Shown here: in pieces, positions 58,670-64,000 of the stretch
Layout of the letters: each line of letters opens with the position of its first letter
How positions within the stretch are numbered: position 1 is the first letter of the stretch
From: the human T2T-CHM13v2.0 reference genome, Homo sapiens
DNA length: 64,000 nt
Reading direction: 5' to 3' (one strand)
NCBI RefSeq assembly: GCF_009914755.1
Contig: NC_060936.1
Translations under genes and position numbers: made by a program
Notes under the pieces: model-generated
Seen by the model: only the letters and a program-made list of their open reading frames with translations
The model's database searches: none
What the model was told of the DNA's origin: nothing

Positions 58670-61600
58670 GGTGGGGGCAGTCTTTAAAGCTGTCTTCAAG
58701 GAACAGAAAGAGGAGTGGGGAAAGGATTTAGGATCTATGGGGTCAGCTAGGTTTCCTTTTGTGAGTTTATATAATGGTTTTGTTAGGATGGCAAAACCAG
58801 GTATCTAAAGATGAAAGTATCCAACCATGCCCGGGAAGGAAAGGAGTTGTTGTTTTGTAGAAGGGGTTGGGGTTTGAGAGATTAGTCACACACGATCGGC
58901 AGGGAGAGCACGTGTGGTTTTATGAGAATTATACTGAGATAGGTAACACATAAGGAAGAAATTTGGGCTTGACTGAAGTAATGGGGGCTGTCTGTGAAGC
59001 TTTGCGGCAGTACAGCCCAGGTAATTTGCTGAGCCTGATGGGTGTCAGGGTCAGTCCAAGTGAAAGCGAAGAGTGGCTGGGATGAAGGGTGCAAAGGAAT
59101 AGTAAAGAAAGCATGTTTGAGATCCAGAACAGAATAAGGGGTTGTGGAGGGAGGAATTGAGGATAGGAGAGTATATGTGTTTGGCACCTTGGGGTGGATA
59201 GGCAAAACAATTTGGTTGATAAGTCATAGATCCTGAACTAACTTGTAAGGCTTGTCTGGTTTTAGGACAGGTAAGATGGGGGAATTGTAAGGAGAGTTTA
59301 TAGACTTTAAAAGGCCATGCTGTAGCAGGTGAGTGATAACAGGCTTTAATCCTTTCAAAGCATGCTGTGGGATGAGATATTGGCGTTGAGTGGGGTAAGG
59401 GTGATTAGATTTTAATGAGATGGTAAGGGGCGCATGATAGGTCGCCAAGGAGGGAGTAGAGGTATCTTCTACTTGTGGGTTACGGTGGGTGGCAATGAGA
59501 TGTATCTGTAGTCCGGGAATAGTCAGGGAAGCAGATAGTTTAGTTGAAGTGTCTCGTCCTAATAAGGGAACTGGGCAGGTGGGGATAACTAAAAAGGAGT
59601 GCTTAAAAGAGTATTGTCTAAGTTGGCACCAGAGTTGGGGAGTTTTAAGAGGTTTAGAAGCCTGGCTGTCAATACCCACAACAGTTATGGAGACAAGGGA
59701 AACAGGCCCTTGAAAAGAAGGTAATGTGGAGTGGGTAGCCTCTGTATTGATTAAGAAGGGGATAGACTTACGCTCCACTGTGAGAGTAACCTAGAGCATC
59801 TGTGATGGTCCTGTAGGCTTCCGAGGCGATCGATCAGGCAGTGTCGGTCTGCAGCTGCTAAGCCAAGAAGATCTGGGAAGGAGTCAGTCAGGGAGCCTTG
59901 GGCTGGAGTCCCAGGGGCTCTGGGAGTGGCTGCCAGGTGAGTTGAACAGTCCGATTTCTAGTGGGCTCCCGTACAGATGGGACATGGCTTAGGAGGAATC
60001 CCGGACTGCAGGCATTCCTTGGCCTGGTGGCCAGATTTCCGGCACTTGTAGCAAGCTCCTGGGGGAGGCGGTTCTGGAGGAATGCCTGGCCACTGCGCTT
60101 TAGGCGTTTGGAAGCTCTTGTGTGCTGGAGATGTGGCTGGGGTTTGTCTCACAGTGGAGGCAAGGAATTGCAACTGAGAAATATGTTGCTACTTGGCTGC
60201 CTCTACTCTATTATTGTACACCTTGAAGGCGAGGTTAATGAAGTCCTGTTGTGGGGTTTGAGGGCAGGAATTTAATTTTTGGAGTTTTATTTAACGTCGG
60301 GAGCAGATTGGGTAATAAAATGTATATTAAGAATAAGACGGTCTTTTGACCTTTTAGGGTCTAGGGCCCTAAAACATCTCAGGGTTGCTGCCAAACGAGC
60401 CATGAACTGGGGTTTATTTTTATATTTGATGAAAAAGAGCCTAAACCTTATCTGATTTGGGATAAAGAAAAAGGAGCATTAACTTTGACTATGCCTTTAG
60501 CTCCAGCCACCTTTTTAAGAGGAAATTGCTGGGCAGGTTGGGGAGGGCTTGTCATGGAACGAAACTGTCAGCCGGACCCAGTGTGAGGAGGGGAGGTGAT
60601 AAAAGGATTATAGGGTGGAAGAGCAGAGGCTGAGGAAGAATTCAGGCCTAGCTCAGCCTGGCGAGGAGGGGAGAGGTCAGATGGGTCTGTAGAAAAGGAA
60701 GATTAGAAAGAGTCAGCGATGCTTGGGGTTGGGACTGAGGGGACAGGTGGGATGGAAAGAAGGAAGATTTGGGATGAGTTGCGCTGGGAACAGACTAGGG
60801 AGGGACCGATGTGTAAAAGAATGCCTGGACATCAGTCACCTCAGACAATTTGCCCATTTTATGACAAGAATTATCTAGATCTTGTAGGATGGAAAAATTG
60901 AAAGTGTCATTTTCTGGCTATTTGGAACCACTGTCGAGTTTGTATTGGGGTCAAGTGGCATTGTGGAAGAAAATAAGGCATTTAGGTTTTAGGTCAGGTG
61001 TGAGTTGAAGAGGTTTTAGGTTTTTAAGAACACAGGCCAAGGGAGAAGAAAGGGGAATGGAGGGCGGAAGCTTGCCCATAGTGAAGGAGGCAAGCCCAGA
61101 GAAAAGAGAGAATAGAGACATGAAGAGAAGGGGTGGGGCATTCTTGCCTTCCAGAAAAGTGGGAAACGGGTTGGGGCACAGAAATAAAGGGTTGGGGTGC
61201 AGAGATAGGAGGTCAGGTTGTGGAAATAAGGGATCAGGGCACAGAGATAAGAGGGTGGGGCATGGAAATAAGGGATCGGGGCACAGAGATAACAGGTCGG
61301 GGTTCCTGGGCCTCCCCCAGAAAAGCGGGACTTGCTGCTAAGGGTGAAGGACCAAGGCAGGCAGCCCTGCGTGGTCTGACACCTCTGAAACCTGGGTGAA
61401 TAATCAGAGAGGCGTCCCTGCAATGATTAAACACCAAGGGAAGGCTGCCTTCCCTAGTCTGTGACCGGCACCGGAGTTTTGGGTCCATGGATAAAACGTG
61501 TCTACTTGGTCTCTACCAGAAAATGAAAGGAATTGAAATTAAGAGAAGGGAGAGATTGAAGTGTGGTGCCAAGATTGAAAGGAGAAAGAGGTTGAGGGAT

Positions 61601-61768
61601 ACTAAGGGAGGTTGGAGAAGAGAGTAAAAAGAAGCTGCTTCCCAGATTTGAAATTGGTGAGATGTATCTTGGGCTGGTCAGTCTGAGGACCTGAGGTCAT
61701 AGGTGGATCTTTCTCACAGAGCAAAGAGCAGGAGGACAGGGGATTGATCTCCCAAGGGAGGTCCCCCA
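58670..61768 (-). pseudogene. HERV-H leader, gag, pro and 5' pol (defective)
   Basis: [14 protein letters not shown] (ORF 59958..60173); FLINTEATHSTLP...LLGRD (59224..59778); VLDLKHAFFTIPLHP...LPQSFTDSPHYF (58882..59205). Confidence 0.9.
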
Positions 61769-61786
61769 GTCCGAGTCACAGCACCA
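61769..61786 (-). promoter_or_regulatory. Primer-binding site, tRNA-His
   Basis: TGGTGCTGTGACTCGGAC; 16/18 complementary to the tRNA-His 3' end. Confidence 0.9.
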
Positions 61787-61788
61787 AA

Positions 61789-62139
61789 TTTCACATGCAT
61801 CCGTGTGAAGAGACGACCAAACAGGCTTTGTGTGAGCAATAAAGCTGTTTATTTCACCTGGGTTCAGGTGGGCTGAGTCCAAAAAGAGAGTCAGCAAAGG
61901 GAGATGGGGTGGGGCGATTTTATAGGATTTGGGTAGGTAAAGGAAAGAGGGGGTTGTTCTCTGGCAGGAAGGGTTGGGGTCACAAGGTGCTCAGTAGGGG
62001 AGCTTTTTGAGCCAGGATGAGCAAGGAGAAGGAATTTCACAAGATAATGTCATCAGTTAAGGCAGGAACTGGCCATCTGGATGTGTACATGCAGGTCACA
62101 GGGGACATGATGGCTTAGCTTGGGCTCAGAGGCCTGACA
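61789..62139 (-). mobile_element. HERV-H 5' LTR (LTR7 family), 351 bp
   Basis: Minus strand TGTCAGGCCTCTGAGCCCAAGCTAAGCC...CCTATAAAA...AATAAA...GAAA, directly followed by the PBS. Confidence 0.95.
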
Positions 62140-62710
62140 CTCTTCCTCCAGAGGAGGAGACCCAGACAGAAGAGGAGGAGGCAAGGTGATCACAGAGGCA
62201 GAGATTGGATCATGCAGCCACAAGTTGAGGAATTCTAGTAGCCTCTATAAGCTGGAAGATGCAAGGAATGGATTCTCCCCTAGAACCTCTGAAGAAGCAT
62301 GCTCCTGCTGACCTTTGATTGATTTTGGACTTCTGGCCTCCAGACAATTTTTTTTTTTTTTTTTTTTAGACAGAGGCTTGCTCTGTTGCCCAGTCTGAAG
62401 TGCAGTGGCACAATGTCAGTTCACTGCAACCTCCTCCTCCCAGGCTCAAGCCATTCTCTTGCCTCAGCCTCCCAAGAAGTGGGGAATACAGGTGCCTGCC
62501 ACCATGCATGGCTAATTTTTGTATTTTTAGTAGAGACGAGGTTTTGCCATATTGGCCAGGCTGGTCTCAAATTCCTGGCCTCAAGTGATCCACCCACCTC
62601 AGCTTCCCAAAGTCCTGAGATTATTTAGGTGTGAGCCATGGCACCCGGCCCAGACATTGTTTGAAGCCACCCATTTCATGGTTCTTTGCTGCAGTGGTTG
62701 TGGAATATGA
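62140..62710 (+). mobile_element. MLT1 (MaLR) LTR, 3' part, split by an Alu
   Basis: ggcagagattgg...aagctggaagatgcaaggaatggattctcccctagaacctc...ggacttctggcctccaga...gtttgaagccac. Confidence 0.75.
62347..62650 (-). mobile_element. Alu inside MLT1
   Basis: TSD CCAGACA. Confidence 0.88.
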
Positions 62711-63417
62711 ATGCACTCGTGCTGTTGGTTAGACTTTGCTGACCTTGTGTCTGTTATTCCCTGGCAGTTCTACAAGGCCTGGAGCTGATACGAAAAACCT
62801 CCCTTCTTTCCCAAATGCTCCCCAGCTTCCCCGTTCACTGAAGGCCCTGCAGTCAGGAACAGTCAGGACTTTGCACCCAGTTGTTGTGGGTGTTTGGCCG
62901 ACTCTTCCTCTTGTGTGATTCATGGACCCTCAGCATTGCATCACCTAGGAGCTTTTGGAATTGAAGACTCTCAGGGCTCACCCGGAAGGACCTCCTGGGC
63001 CAGAATCTGCATTTTAACAAGATGCTCAGGTGATTTGCATACACGTTCAGATCTGAGAAGCGCTAATAAGGGAGACTTTAAGGTGGTAATTAGATCTTTT
63101 CTCCACCTGCAAGAATCTTAGTTTCTTCATGTTAAATCTATTAACTGTGGCAATGTAATGGAGGTTATAAAACAAAACAAAATCCTTACATCAAGAATGC
63201 ACCCTGGTGTGTTATGGATGTGGGTGAAATGAAGTGTCTGGAATTTGCTTTAAAATATCCTAAAATAGCAAGAAGGAAAAGAAAAGTGGAAACTGGAATG
63301 AGATTGGAGAAATATTGACAAGTTCTTGCAGTGGGATGATGAGTGCATGGGGGTTCATGGTGTAATTCTCTCCCTGCTTTTTATGCATATGGGAAATTTC
63401 CATAATGAATAGTTAGA

Positions 63418-63703
63418 GGTCGGGCACGGTGGCTCATGCCTGTAATCTCAGCATTTTGGGAGGCTGAGGTGGGTAGATTGCTTGAACCTAGGAGTTCAAG
63501 ACCATCCTGGACAACATGGTGAAACCCCATCTCTACTAAAAATGCAAAAATTAGGCATAGTGACAACATGCCTGTAGTCATGTTGAGGCACAAGTTTGAG
63601 ACATGAGAATCACTTGAACCCAGGAGGCAGAGGTTGCAGTGAGCCAAGATCGCACCATTTCACTCCAGCCTGGGTGACAGAGTGAGACTTGGTCTCAAAA
63701 AAA
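63418..63703 (+). mobile_element. Alu (older subfamily)
   Basis: Dimeric Alu, short tail. Confidence 0.85.
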
Positions 63704-63709
63704 TTTTAA

Positions 63710-64000
63710 TTTTCTTTTTGTTTTTGAGATGGAGTCTTGCTCTTTTGCCCAGGCTGGAGCGTAGTGGTGACATCTTGGCTCACTGCAAGCTCCACCTCCC
63801 GAATTCACTCCATTCTTCTGCCTCAGCCTCCAGAGTAGCTGGGACTATAGGCACCCAGCACCATGTCCGGCTAATTGTTTGTATTTTTAGTAGAGATGGG
63901 GTTTCACCGTGTTAGCCAGGATGGTCTCAATCTCCTCACCTCGTGATCTGCCCACCTTGGCCTCCCAAAGTGCTGGGATTACAGGCATGAGCCATCGTGC
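63710..64000 (-). mobile_element. AluY-like, cut by the window end
   Basis: cactgcaagctcc, gttagccaggatggtct. Confidence 0.88.

Noticed and set aside
61160-61300. About 21-bp spaced repeats resembling an array
   Set aside because: Degenerate tandem repeats normal in the HERV-H leader; no unique spacers; not CRISPR.

Overview
This is primate, most likely human, genomic DNA. It is about half interspersed repeats and has no intact protein-coding gene. The content matches the dispersed FAM86/ENPP7P segmental-duplication module; I cannot tell which paralogous copy this is. From left to right: (1) an 8-exon unprocessed FAM86 (EEF2KMT-paralogue) pseudogene on the minus strand (579-11017) with two frameshifts and splice-site lesions, headed by a G-skewed CpG island; (2) an Alu > MER4-group LTR > LTR12 nest; (3) two decayed exons of an ENPP7-like phosphodiesterase (22610-23234, 32497-32644), which by eye is only about half identical to ENPP7 and so looks like an ancient lost paralogue; (4) solo LTR5A, MER50 and MER1A; (5) a 15-kb minus-strand HERV-H provirus (47069-62139) inside an MLT1 LTR, itself carrying a MER11 solo LTR and a near full-length HERV-E. 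The most striking feature is the HERV-E: it has no 5' LTR, begins 3 nt before its tRNA-Glu PBS, and is still bounded by a clean CTAG target-site duplication, so it sits downstream of the HERV-H LTR7 promoter. Repeat subfamily names come from remembered consensus sequences and need RepeatMasker/Dfam confirmation. Alu, MIR, L1 and L2 boundaries are approximate.
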